Position numbers and translations under genes: made by a program. Under the pieces are notes generated by a model. It worked only from the letters and a program-made list of their open reading frames with translations, did no database searches and was not told the DNA's origin. A DNA stretch of 64,000 nucleotides from positions 5,952,001 through 6,016,000 of the forward strand of contig OU015566.1 of assembly GCA_907165135.1 (NCBI GenBank), given 5' to 3'. The DNA comes from Oikopleura dioica (taxonomy: Eukaryota; Animalia; Chordata). Shown one piece after another: positions 32,613 to 48,461 of this stretch; positions within the stretch are counted from its first letter, which is position 1, and each line of letters starts with the position of its first letter.

Positions 32613-34616
32613 TCAAGGCTGGAGAAGGAAGTCTTCGCGCGCGGAAATGTTCTTTCTCGGGCGGTAGCCATTTCCAACTCGAGGTGCGGTGGAGGTGGAG
32701 ATGTACGATGGCGCATCGCAATAGGAGTTGACGGAGGCGCCCAAATCAGCTGAAAATGATTAGAATTAAAAAAAATCTGAAGTTGGAGGGTATTCCTCCT
32801 TGCTATCAAAAGAGTAAAAAACGTACCACAAGCTACAGAAGCTCTTGATCGCTTCGATAGCGCATTTTGAGCGAATGACTGTCTTGTTCCTGGAGCACTG
32901 TTAGCCAAAGTCAGATAAGTTGGCTCGTCGTTGTATTCGTGAATAAGAGGTTCTCGTTGTGAAATGGGCTTCATTCTTGTTGAAAAGGCGGACTTTTTGC
33001 TCCCTAAAAGATTGAGTGAAAGAATGACGAAAAAGTGGAACTTACGGGCGGAAATGACGGAAGTAGCAGGAGGACTGATGTCTCGATATCGTGGAGGATA
33101 GTCTGAGCGATTAGTTCTTCGACTCTTTCCAGACTGACGGCTGCGGAGCGAGCTTCTGCTGCGCGATGACGTCCTGCTTGAGTAAGAGCGGCGGGACTTG
33201 GTATCAGAATATTCGGAATCGTCATAATCCTCGCAAGCTTGGCGGAATTGACGCAAGTTAAGCACAGTGGAAAGGAGGAAAATGTTGAAGATGAACCACC
33301 CGCCCATCAGCCAGAATTTTACAATTCTCTCCGCCGAGTGAATCAACTCAAAAGCCTGAATACGATAGAAAGGAGGAATCTTCTTTACGACAGTACCTGA
33401 GGGGTGAAAATCGCCTGAAGAATTTCATTTGTCGACTTGTCCGCAAATTTTCCAATCAGCTGGGCGATGGAAGGATCGATCAGCTACAAAATAAAAAAAT
33501 AATCGAGGGTTTTCGAAATACAAAAAGGATGAGATCTAGCAATATCTGAAAATATGGCTCTTTCAGGTATTGTCTTAAAATTCTAGTACTGAGTATTCAT
33601 AACACCAATTTTCTATAAATTCTATATTTTATCATGACTCCGTTTTAGCACCGGTTATCACCTCTGGAGCACTTCTGCGTGCACGCCCGGGAAATATCTA
33701 TAAAGTTTAAAGTTGATTTTTCAAATTTGTCAAAAATCCTATCTGATTCTGAAATCAAGGAAGACTCTTGCTCCCCTACCTGGCTTGCGATGTCGCCGTT
33801 GAAAATCGTGTAATTTGTCCAGCCGCCGACTTTCAAAATGCAGTAAATATTGGCGGCGGTAGAAATGAGCCACGTGAGCACGGAGAAGATCGAAATTGCC
33901 ATCACCGGTGCATAGTCGTAATTGTTGACGTTTTTGAGGGTTTTGTAGGAAAGACCGAAGAGGGTCAGCATGTAAAAGAAACCAACAAGCAGGAGGGCGA
34001 GCGTACTTGTCGAGGTAGATTTGAGATGAGAAAACGCGTCGTCGGAGAATTCTTTCGGCAGAAAGTAGCCAAGCACAGCCCACATACCTACAAATATTTT
34101 CTATGACTCGAAGCCGCAAGCGGATTGTTAAAAGAAGATCAATAAAAAGGGAAACTTACAGGAGCCGGTAACGAAGCAGATAATGGCGAGTTTGATTAGA
34201 ATGGCATTTGATGATCGTCTGTATAAACTGACATCTTCCGTCGCTTTTATTTTGAAACAAGAAGGAACGCTAAAGAATTATCAAATCTTTTTTGCCAAGA
34301 ATTTTTCCTTACCCGCAGCAGCAAGCAAGAGCCCCGACAGGACCATCATCGTCGGTATAATAGGAGGACGAATCATCGTCGTCTTCGTAGTGCCCTTGTC
34401 TTTGGCGGGGCATGATGTACGCATCTTCCGACTCGCTTCCCGAATAATCTCTGAGAATGTGTTGAAAGAGAGTCCTTATGAACCTACTTACGGAGCATCT
34501 TCGTCTTCATCAAAATCATCCGTATTCTTCCTCGGCGCTGAGACTGGCCCACCACCGACTGGCGATCTCTGTTCTGGAGTGATCGTTTCGACTTCTGTGT
34601 CAATTTGCGAAGCCAT
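32613..34616 (-). CDS. Uncharacterised multi-pass (~4-5 TM) membrane protein with S/R-rich cytoplasmic tail
   Basis: ATG at 34616 (MASQIDTEV). Hydrophobic segments occur in ORFs 33645 and 32546. Phase-consistent GT-AG introns lead to a stop at 32613-32615. Confidence 0.6.
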
Positions 34617-35434
34617 CCTGGATCTCGTGATTATTTTTCTCTCGTGGCAGATTTAAAGATTTTGGATTAGGGCTTTTCTTCTTTTTTCAACTTCTCATGT
34701 GGTTTATTTTTAGTCTAAAAAGCTGGTGGTTATCGACCGAAAAAAAGCAAAAATCTTTGCTCAGCAGGCGATTAGGTATGCCACCCCGCGGGGGCAGCTT
34801 TCTTCTGCCCCAGGCGCGTGTGCTCTTGACCTTGAAATATTTTCAGAATATCTGACTCTCTGGTGCAGGAAGAAAAAGACGCAGTGTGGTGTTATCTTTT
34901 GTTTAATATTTTATCAAAGTTTTTTCGCAATAGGAAAAAATATAGAAATATATAAAAAGGAGAAGGTCAGTAATTTTCGGTAAGCTTTTAGAAAAAGAAG
35001 GGTAGCAAATCGAAATCGAAGATCGGGCAATTTTACGATACTTGGAGTTTTTTGAGCGAGAGGAGTAATAAAGCGATCCCGGCTATGCAGTGTTTTATTA
35101 TTTAAAAAGAGCAAAATGGGTCGTTATGTATTTTTTCTATTCATATTTTTAGGAGTTGAGAAGCGGAATGAGGAAGCTTGGTTTAGGGATAGAGACATTT
35201 TTTGTGAACAGAATGAATTAAAAATGAGAATGAATGGCTTTTAAATTGTGTGTAATGCAACTTTCTTTTTGGTTTGATAGAGGGAGTAATAATATTTAAT
35301 TATGATACAGAGAAATAGAGGAATTTGTAGAAAATCGAGAATTATGGAAGAAAAAGATGAATTATTTTAGAAGAAAGGGGATGAACTGGCTCAGAGGAGA
35401 ATTTTTTTCAGCTAAAAATTGTAAATTTCTCGAA

Positions 35435-39206
<3,772 letters not shown>

Positions 39207-39731
39207 GCTGCTTTTTAGACTTTCTGTACTTGGCCTGTAGAATTACTGTATGTATCATCTAATCCCATCTGAAAATATTGCTCCTTCAAATTTCAAAAGA
39301 TTAAAATTCGATTTTCTCTTCCCCAGAATTCATTTTACAGATAACTGAATTGACTGTAACAGTAGTTACTGTAGGTTTGATTACAATGAAGATAAACCAG
39401 AGGTCAGACCCGTAGCATTATTAAATATTAAGTGAGGACAGAAAAAACAAGGAGGAAAGCTCAAGCCAAGTTCTTTCTACTGAACTTGGAATTAATCTAC
39501 TTTCCTCCCTTTTTCTCTGAAGCAGTGTGAATGTGCGGTACAGTAGAAACAAGTACAGTACCGAATAGAATAACAGTAACAGTTTACTGTAACAGTGTGG
39601 AAAGAATGCTGACGAACTGATAATTTAGATAGTTGTAGATTGCCAGGAACTATGGTTTACAGATTTCAAGACTTGAGCTTTTTTGTTTCCGTCAGAAGCG
39701 TGAGAAAAGGCAGCAATCTTCAGAAGCGCGG

Positions 39732-42700
39732 CTAGTAGTCTCGACGTCCGCCGTGATGGAAGCCGCGGCCACGGCCTCGCCCGCCACCTCGGTAACCTCC
39801 GCGAGAGGGACCACCGTCGTGCCAGCCGCGTGGTGGAGGGCCGCGATCATATCCGCGGCGGTCTGAAAAATTTATGAAATCAAGGAGGAGAGCGCGAAAA
39901 CAATAGCCAATTGTGAATTAGGCTTGGCAACCTGAGAATGGGGTTCGATAGCTTACCATCTCTATAATAATCATCTCTGGGTGGAGGTCCTCTTCGGTCC
40001 CATCCTCGATCATCGTGAGGATAGTGGCTTGGCGGTGGAGGACGGTTAGAGCGCATGTCAAAGTCGCGTGAAGGCTGATGTGGTGGGTGGTCGTAGTACG
40101 GATCGGCAGTAGGATTGTGGGACAGCGGCGGAATCGGAGGATGAGTGATAGGCGGCGGGACGTCGTTGCCCCAACCCGGCGGTGCTGGCGGCGCTTCGAG
40201 CGGCGGATCAGGCTGCAAACTCGCCGGATTGAGGAGCTTCAACGTTTCTTTTATGTTTTCGAAGTTTTCTTCGCTGATAGGAAGTACGGAGGGAGCGGTT
40301 ATTTCGCTGCCGGAAGCAGGGGCCACGACGGGAGGCGTTTCGCTGTCGCCCGATTTGTCAGAATGATGGGAGCGGCTTGAAGACGTTCTCTCTCGACTTC
40401 GGCTTGAAAAAAATAGAAAAATCAAGAAAAGGGCGGAGTTCTTACTGTTTTTCTCTTTCAGGCCTTCTCTGCTGCGACGAACGGTGTTGATTTCTTTTGA
40501 CCATGACGAGGAGGAAGATCGCTGGGTGATCAACATCTAATCCGGGCCCATTCATCGGGAGCAACCAATTAGGAAGTTCTTCGTCGTCTGAAATTAAGCG
40601 CCCGAGTTGTAGTTAATTAACTCGACTGAAAATACTACCTTTGAGGGGAACAATGTACAGATCCTTGAAAATTTCGTTGCTGCTCGACAGTTTTACGACG
40701 CCGCATTTGGCCTTTTCCGTGAGGGAGGTCAAAGCCTCTCTAGAATTGAAGTTTCATCCTTTGAAATGTAAGTGTCAAAGTTACCTGTATTCTTCTTGCT
40801 CGCTTGCAGTAAGTCCGTAAAGAGCCATGACACAGATTCGACTTGGATCGCTCACTTCGCGCACCTCGGTTAAATACTGAAAAAAACAGGTTAAAACAGC
40901 CAAAAACTTGTTGAATGTCCCACCTTTCCAATGTCAGCAAAGCCAATGCTGCCACACACTTTCATCTCCCTGGCCAACGATCGCTTCAAAATCTTCTTTT
41001 CAACGCCGCCGGAAATAAAGTAGCCATTGGCGTGGACTTTTTGGCCTTCTGGAAAGCTGACTCGTCCGGTCCAGACTTTTGTCATGATATTTGAGCTTTC
41101 TGGGTCGGGTTGCTTTACTTTGATCCCTGGAGACGATTCACGAGAGGCGGAACTGGTTTCTTCAGGAGTTGGGGGCTCTTCAGATTCCATTTCCGTTCTG
41201 AAAAATGGTTATATAACTTATCGTTGTCTATTGCCTCAAAACCTGAGTCAGAGGCTGATAGAGCTTTGACAAAAGCCGCGTATCAGTACCCTGAGTGGGG
41301 TCCCTGACACAGGTTTTCCGTACAGGTTATGCTGCCCTGTTTCTGTTCATTAAAAACTTACTGGGCTTCTGTCTCTGGCTGCTTGTTACTAGAAGAAGAA
41401 TTCTCCATTCTCTGTTGATTCTGCACCTGCTGTTCTCCGTCTGGTGAATCTGGATCGAAAACATACTCGGGGGTCTTCGCCTCTGGAAGTTCCTCGTCTT
41501 CGTTTCCATTTTCCCACTCCATTGGCGGATCAATAGCAACGCCGTTGTCCACTTCTTTCATCATTTTTTCGATGGTCTTCATTTCCACATCGGAAATCTT
41601 CGGAATCGTGGAAACCTTCTTCTTTTTCGGAGATTCGAGCTTTTTCTCCGGCGAATGGGCTTTTCGAGGAGAGGGAGTCGGATCGGCCGTGACATTTAGC
41701 GACGAATTGGTGATTTCTAGCTCGCTTCGGTTCACAGTATCGTCGAATCGCTCGATTTCGATTTCGCCTGAAAATAGTAAGAATGGATGATTTTATGTTT
41801 TTACCTTTGTGAGTAATTTTCGCCGTGGGCCTAGCCGCTTCTTTCTGTTTCTGCTCTTCAATCTTCAAAACTTGCTCAAGCGCTTCTTTTTGCTGTTTTT
41901 CACGCTCTTGGAGCATTTCCACCGTCGCCATGTCGTTCGATGACATTTTATGCATCGTTGACGCGCTGATTTCGCCTATTTTCAATGTTCAATAACTTCC
42001 ATCAGGACAATTACTGTAAATTACAGTCTGTTTTCCCAATTAGGAACATTTCCTGTAATAACTCTTCTCCAAAAGTAATCATTCTTCGGCTCCTTCAAGT
42101 TGAACTGAATCTGCCTGAACTTGTTTTTGTAATCCTTGTTCACTTCGCCAAAAGACTTGAACATTTCTTTCTCAATTTTGGCGACGAGTTTTGCGATACT
42201 CTCCTGGTTCATCACCAGTTTTTCCGTTCCGTTCGTTGCCGACAATGACGATCGATTGTTGAGAATTTCCCGGAGCTTCTTTCGAATCGTACTTCGCGGG
42301 TCTTCGACTGCATTTCGCGATCGCTCGACAGACTGGGGAGTCGCTGGTAGTGATTCACGGCGGCTTTTCTTTGTCGGGGTTTCTGGAAAACAGGGTTTTA
42401 CGAGAGATTTATTTGTTGACAAAAAGGGCTCATAAAAATGACACGATCGAAAATCGTCCTTACCTGGAGCATTTGAAGACGATCCAAGACGCTTCCTATC
42501 CCCGTCTGATTTTCGCCTTTCTTTGTCGGCCTTTTTCTTTTCCTTGAGTTCCTTTTCTTTTTCCGCTTTTTCTTCAGCCGCGCGCTCTGTTCTTCGTGCC
42601 TTGATTGCTCGCATCAGCTCCAGCGTGTCGTCGCTTACTTGGCCCTTTTTCTTTTCTTGTTTCTTTTTCGCTTCTTCTGGAAATGCCATCCTGAATCAAA

Positions 42701-44265
42701 GGGTAAGATATTGATACGAGGCCTGTCTCAAGTTGGCAAGCCAAAAGCCAGGCTGGTAAAGCGGGAATAGGGGGAAAACTTACGCGAGCATTTTCTCTTT
42801 TCTTCGTTTCTCCTTTCTCGCCTTTCGCTCCGCCTCGGTCTCGCTGTACACTTTCTGCTCCCTGGCCGAGTACGCGTTCGATCCTTCCTTGATTACTACT
42901 TTCTGCGCCTCATTCTTCGCCGCTTCGTATTTCATTTTCATCTTTTGCTGCATCGAGTTCAAATTTTTCTGCTTCGCGATTTTGTTCTCCTCCTCTCGTT
43001 TCTGTTTCTCCGCCTTGTTGTTCAGAACGACTTTGATTCCTACGCGATTTTTCTCAAGAAATTCGCGAAGGTTGTTCTTTTTTGGCGCGTTGTAACCTGT
43101 AATTTCAAAGTTAAGAATTATTCAGAAAAAGCCGCTAGCGGCCTCGTTCAAGTCTTTCTTATGAAAGCCGCACGCGACTCTTATTCATTCAGAAAGACGT
43201 ACCTGTGAGAAGCTGTCCATATTTGAGCACAATGATTGGATCGGTATCCTTCATCGGCGCCACCTGCTCCATTATTTCTTCAATTTCTTTGTCGCTCATT
43301 TCTGGCGGCGGTTTCGGCTTTTTCTTTTCTTTTTCGACGCTTTTCGACTTCTTCAGCGGCTTTTTCACGCTCTCCGCGGTTTTCTTTGGCCTTCCGCGTT
43401 TCGTCTTTACCGCTTTTGCATCTTCCGGAGGGACGAAATCGTCGTCATCGTCTTCGTTTCGATCATCATCGTCCTCCTCCTCGTCTTCGCTTGGTTGGTC
43501 TGGATCGCCCTTTTCTAGCGGCGGCGGGCTCAGTTCTGGAGTTTCCTTTCCATTATTGCTTTCTTGCTTCGCTTTCTTCGTGCTGATCAAGATGCAGTCG
43601 ACGGAGCAGTATTTAGACGCGTCCTGCGCCGGCTTATCGCAGTTGATGCAGATCCGTTTCGTTTCTTCCGAACTCGCCTCGGCCGAGACCGTCGATCCCT
43701 CGCCGTTCTCTTCTTCTTCCTCTTCGCCCTCCTCCTCGTCATTTTCTTCCTCGTCAGAGCTAGACTCGAGCGCCTCCAGGACCGACTTCGTCCTCGCCGC
43801 CTTTTTCTTCGCCGCGCCCCGAGTCGTCCGTTTTTCATCGTCAGAATCGGCAGGAGAAGAACGACCGCTTCCCTCGCTAGAGGTAAGACGGGACTTGACC
43901 AAAGTGCCGTCGTCGTCGTAAATTCGCATCACGCGTTCTATGCTGATCCACTCGTCGTAACGCTTGTTCCAGTTTTTGTAATGAACTCTTAATAGATAAT
44001 TTAATTCTAAACTCTGATTGGTCGGTAAGCTCTGGGCTCGACAGCCTCATCTAGAAAAGCAGAATCAGACTGAAACTTACTTGTACTGAAGCTGTCCTTT
44101 CTGAACCCTCGTTTTGAGCAGCAGTGCTGGAAAAACATCCTCCACGCCTTTTCTGGTCCACTTGATGTCCGCAGAAGATCCGACTCTGATATCGTCTTCT
44201 GTTATCTGAAATCGAGAAGATAAATCGAAACCACAGAAATAGGAGTAGATTCTCACCTCGCCCAT
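39732..44265 (-). CDS. DIDO1/PHF3-like transcription regulator (chromo-barrel, Cys motif, BRK-like, TFIIS central, SPOC, RGG tail)
   Basis: TFIIS-M (IEKEMFKSFGEVNKDYKNKFRQIQFNLKEPKN), SPOC (VWTGRV...G.I..., LYIVPL, LLPMNGPGL), CINC...KYCSVDCI, N-terminal VHYKNWNKRYDEWI, and C-terminal RGG repeats with stop at 39732-39734. Confidence 0.8.
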
Positions 44266-44800
44266 CTTGGATTTACATTCTTTGCTGCTTCAAAGAGATT
44301 TTCAAGTTTTTTTTTTCGAGTTCCGAATTCTAAAATCAATCAAGATGAAATTGACAAAATGGGCGCAATTTTCAAAATGTATTTTTCAGTGACTGTGATA
44401 TAAATAAAACAGGAGTGTTAACAAAGTTGTAAAATCAATTGAGGATAACCATATAAAAAGACTCGAAAGAAAAAGCCGCAAGCCGCTTCAGAAGGAGTAA
44501 ATACTTCGAGAAGCCGCTAGTGGCTTCGAGAAACAAAATTATTGCCGCGCGTAGCGCGGCTTTTCCATTCATTGAGCTCGAAGCCGCAAACGGCTTCTCG
44601 ATTTTCCGATATTCATGGACAAGTCCTTCTTTTAGACTTTTTTAAACAATTTTTTTAATAAATGACTCATTCCAATTAGGGAAGAATAATTGAAAGATCC
44701 TGCGTTTTAGATAATTGACATGTTTTTTGTGCAAATTTCTTTTTGGTAGTATTTTTTTTCAGTGAAGCGCGTGGGTAAATGGTAAAAGGTCTTCGAAAAG

Positions 44801-45650
44801 CTAAAAGTCGTGGGAGCGCTTGCTCATCGAAGACTGGAGCTCTTCGAGTCGGGCGTCGATCGAGTGGCTGGAATTGGTGGAGATGCGGGCGCGGCTGGAG
44901 AACGAGTCGTACGGATTCACGCTCTTGAAATCCTCTGAAATATTTTTATATTTTTTATCCGCGATTTTTTACGCCGCAACGCACCTTTTCGATACTGCGT
45001 CTGGATGCTCTTTCTTTCCACCTCCGCCTGCGCTGCCTTTTCCTGCGTATCTCCATGGATTCCTTGTTGTTTTCGGAGCCAGTGGAACTCTTCGTCGGAG
45101 AGGCTCAAGACCCAGTTGATTCTTCGTTGATTTTCCGCTTCGAGACGGATTTTTGTGGGGTTGGAATAGTTTTCTTTGAAGCCGTATGGGTCCTCCTCGT
45201 CCGTGGTCGAGTCGTTGTAGATTGGGCCCTGGTAAAAAGGGATGAATTTTGAAACAAGAAAAAAGGTATTTTTATCAAATAGTTTTTTTTGAATTCGTCC
45301 CTTTTCCGATCGAGTTGGTTCATCCGGTCGCGTGGAAGATCGCGGCCTCTTCGACTTGAAGTTTTGATGAACCGGTGAAATCGCTCTTTTCGTCGTTCGA
45401 ACATTGCTAATTTCGTGGCGAGTCGCTTTCTCTTTCTTTTTGAAGGTAAAAGGCTGGTCGTATTCTTGGTCGTGCCGTTCGTAGAGAGTAAAGAAGTTGT
45501 TTCGTTCTGATTTTTCAAGTTCAAAAACAAAATACTCGGAATTAAAATAAATATGATTAAAATTGAACTGTTCCTTTCTGTGTCAAATCCTTCAAGCCGG
45601 GAAAAGCCTTCTCGTCGAAGTCTGTCTTGATTTTTCGTTTTTCCAATGGG
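44801..45650 (-). CDS. Uncharacterised basic/low-complexity protein (5' end unresolved, possibly an exon near 47760-47840)
   Basis: GC-richer exon-like blocks are separated by short AT-rich introns. A phase-consistent last junction gives ...GALRQDFKSVNPY...KRSHDF*. Confidence 0.4.
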
Positions 45651-45987
45651 ATCCTGAACTCAGCCGTTAAATTTCATTTTTACGGCCAAAATAAAAGTAC
45701 ACCCAAAAATCAGTTGATCTGTTAGAAATTCTCAAATCCTGAAATTCGCGCTGTTGCATCAGGTTTACATAAATTTTAACGTAAAAAATAATGCGAAAGA
45801 TGCCAGAATTATTCAGCGAAAAAAGATTCCGAATTTCAATCGAGTGCTTAGATCGTCATCAAAGAGCCGGCTTAATATTCTTGATTTGATTACAAACTAT
45901 TGAGTAACATTTTTCAATATAAAAAACCGTTAATTTTCAATGCACCAGTCGAATCTGATACTAAATAATAAAAACGGTATTTGGAAA

Positions 45988-46155
45988 ATGAAAATTTTCA
46001 TGATTTTCTCGATTCTGAACTTCGTGGCCGCCGATCTAATTTGGTACAACCGAATGAACAACAATGTCTCCTACCACATGATCAGCCGACAGCAGACAAG
46101 TTTGTTCTGGATGCGATACGAAAAAATGATGAGAGCATATGCCGCTCGATTCTAA
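45988..46155 (+). CDS. Putative small secreted peptide (55 aa)
   Basis: MKIFMIFSILNFVAA signal-like leader, good aaaATG context, and AATAAA at ~46184 downstream of the stop. Confidence 0.45.
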   Translation: MKIFMIFSILNFVAADLIWYNRMNNNVSYHMISRQQTSLFWMRYEKMMRAYAARF

Positions 46156-46192
46156 AATTTTATGTCTACTTCCTCTGAAACGGAATAAAGAA

Positions 46193-46286
46193 CAGTGGGT
46201 TGCGCAGGTAGTTGACCCTTTGCGATTGCCACTTTGGTTGACCCTTCGCCCGCTCTTTAGGGGGCAACTACCTGCGCAACCCACTG
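46193..46286. mobile_element. 94-bp inverted-repeat mini-element
   Basis: cagtgggttgcgcaggtagttg / caactacctgcgcaacccactg form perfect ~22-bp TIRs. The TSD is not clear. Confidence 0.7.
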
Positions 46287-46451
46287 AAAGATAAAAATAA
46301 ATTCAGTCTAAAATATTCTAATTAGATCACTCTCCCCCCCCGTGCCTAAAATCTCCCTAGGGGGATAACACACAATCTGTGTAGAAAACCTAAGTCAGGG
46401 TCTGAAGAGCCAGAAACGCGGCTATTCCATGAAGATCTTTCAGACCCTGAC

Positions 46452-47552
46452 CAGAGTTCTAAATCTGGTGAGCTAATCTAGCTGAGCTAGCTAAGCTAGC
46501 TAAGCTGACAGCTACAGCTTAGCTAGCTCAGCAAATTTCGGAAACAGTCAGCTCACAGCTTAGCTAGCTGAGCAGAAATTTTTTAGGCCCTCAGCTTAGC
46601 TAGTCTAGCTAGCTTAGACCCCCTAAGCTGACATGATCGAACCATCTCCAAAACCTACGTTTTTTGCGAATTTGTCCCGCAGATTCACACTTATTGGCAA
46701 TATTTTGAGTCTAGAATCTAGATCTGGCATGGTCGACGGTTAATTTATTTTTACGGTTGTCCCCAGCTATTTTTTTAAACTCAACTAGACACTCCCGGAC
46801 CCGATCGTTTGGGACACTCAAAAAGGAAGCTGGGTTGAGTCTAAAAATTGCTCGTGCTACTTCATTAACAGTCTTGACCCTTGAATCTTAGATGAAATTT
46901 CTGATATATGAACAAGAAAAAGCGATAAGTATAAATTATACTGTATAATGATATCAAATAATTGATATGAACCTATGGATCACATCGACCTTCTCTGAGC
47001 CTCAGAGTCTGAGGTCCGTAGAAAAAATACACTATTCCATCGCCGATTCTATTTGAAGAATAACATTCGACATTATATAATTGTAATAATTTTATAACCT
47101 CTAACAGACAACTCAATCGATCTCATTTCTAGTGATGCACTTTTTTTTCCCAACTAAGCTGCCTTAAATAAGGTCGATATGCGCGCAAGAATTAAAAAAT
47201 ATCTTGAAGATATTATCTTCTATCTCAGAATGAAATTTTCAGGAAAAAATGGTTTGGGGAGAAGAAAGTATATTATTTGATGCTAATAATATTAATGGAT
47301 ATCTTCTAAAAGCCAACAAGAAGAAAAAATAAGAAAAATAGGAAATAATATCGACAAAAAATACTTTTTTTTACCCAGCTAGACTAGCTAGCTTAGCTAA
47401 GCTGAGGCAAAAAAGCACCTCAGCTTAGCTTAGCTAGCTTAGCAATTTTTTGAGAGTGTCAGCTCACAGCTTAGCTAGCTTAGGAGAAATTTTTGAGAGC
47501 CTCAGCTTAGCTAGTTTAGCTTAGCTCAAAATTTTCAGAATTTAGAACTCTG
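46452..47552. mobile_element. hAT-like MITE with AGCT-rich subterminal repeats, nested in a small palindromic element (46373-47581)
   Basis: TIR cagagttctaaat / atttagaactctg, with 8-bp TSD accctgac at 46444-46451 and 47553-47560. Confidence 0.9.
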
Positions 47553-48461
47553 ACCCTGACTCAAGTTTTCTACATAGATTGACCTGGTCAGCCGCGACCG
47601 CCCAGTATTATTCAAGAACCATTTTCAAAAAATGGTAACTGAGAAACTACAGTACTGGCCGACGGCATTTCTCTCTCCCCCGCCCGTGGCATTTTTGCAT
47701 AAATTCTTCTGAAAAGCCAATATTTGCTTTTCAATGATGTCGCTCCAGAAATTCTTACCGATTTCTGAATCCATTTCTTCTTCTACTGTTTCCCCCGCTC
47801 TTCCTGTCACTGTAGCTGTTGCCTCTATTCCACGTCATTTTCCTCCTCAAAACTGGCCACTTTCAAAATCCGTCTTCAATCCGTCTCTTCTCAGATTCTT
47901 TCAACTCGAAATAAAATAATTCACGAGCGCTGATTCGCCAGAGCGCGCGGATGACTCATTCTCCGATCCAAATGAAATGAAATCTCGCTCTGGCTAAACT
48001 TGACTTTTTGATTTTTCACGAAAGAAAGAAATTTTCCGAAGAAATTTTTTGATCGAGAATAAAAGAGAGTTTTCAGCGAAGATTAAAGAAGAAAAACTCT
48101 AGAAAAAAAGGGTCAAGGTGCGTTTTTCGTCGAATTTTGAGAATTCTAGCGTAGAAAACGGCTCCTTTATTCAGTAGTACTTATGATCGGCTATGTTTTT
48201 GTGCAAATCTCTTCAAAGAAAAAAAAAATCTTGGCGCTAGAATTAACGATTCAGTTTGATTATTAATTGAAAATTTTGAATAATTATTAATATTATTTCC
48301 GAGTTTTTGAGTTCAGTCAATTTGGGAAAGTGTGATTTTAGAATTGTTCTAGCTTGGCCTCATCGAATTCCCGGAATCGAAATTTTTCTCTAGAAGTTAG
48401 ATAAATTTTTGTGTTCAGAGCAACAATGTTTCATTCTCGCGACAGACTGGAATGGTAAAGA

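Noticed and set aside
43205-43921. Long plus-strand ORFs (also 52425-52991 minus, 13011-13583, 34183-34656, 59552-59893)
   Set aside because: These are antisense shadows of real low-complexity coding exons on the opposite strand.
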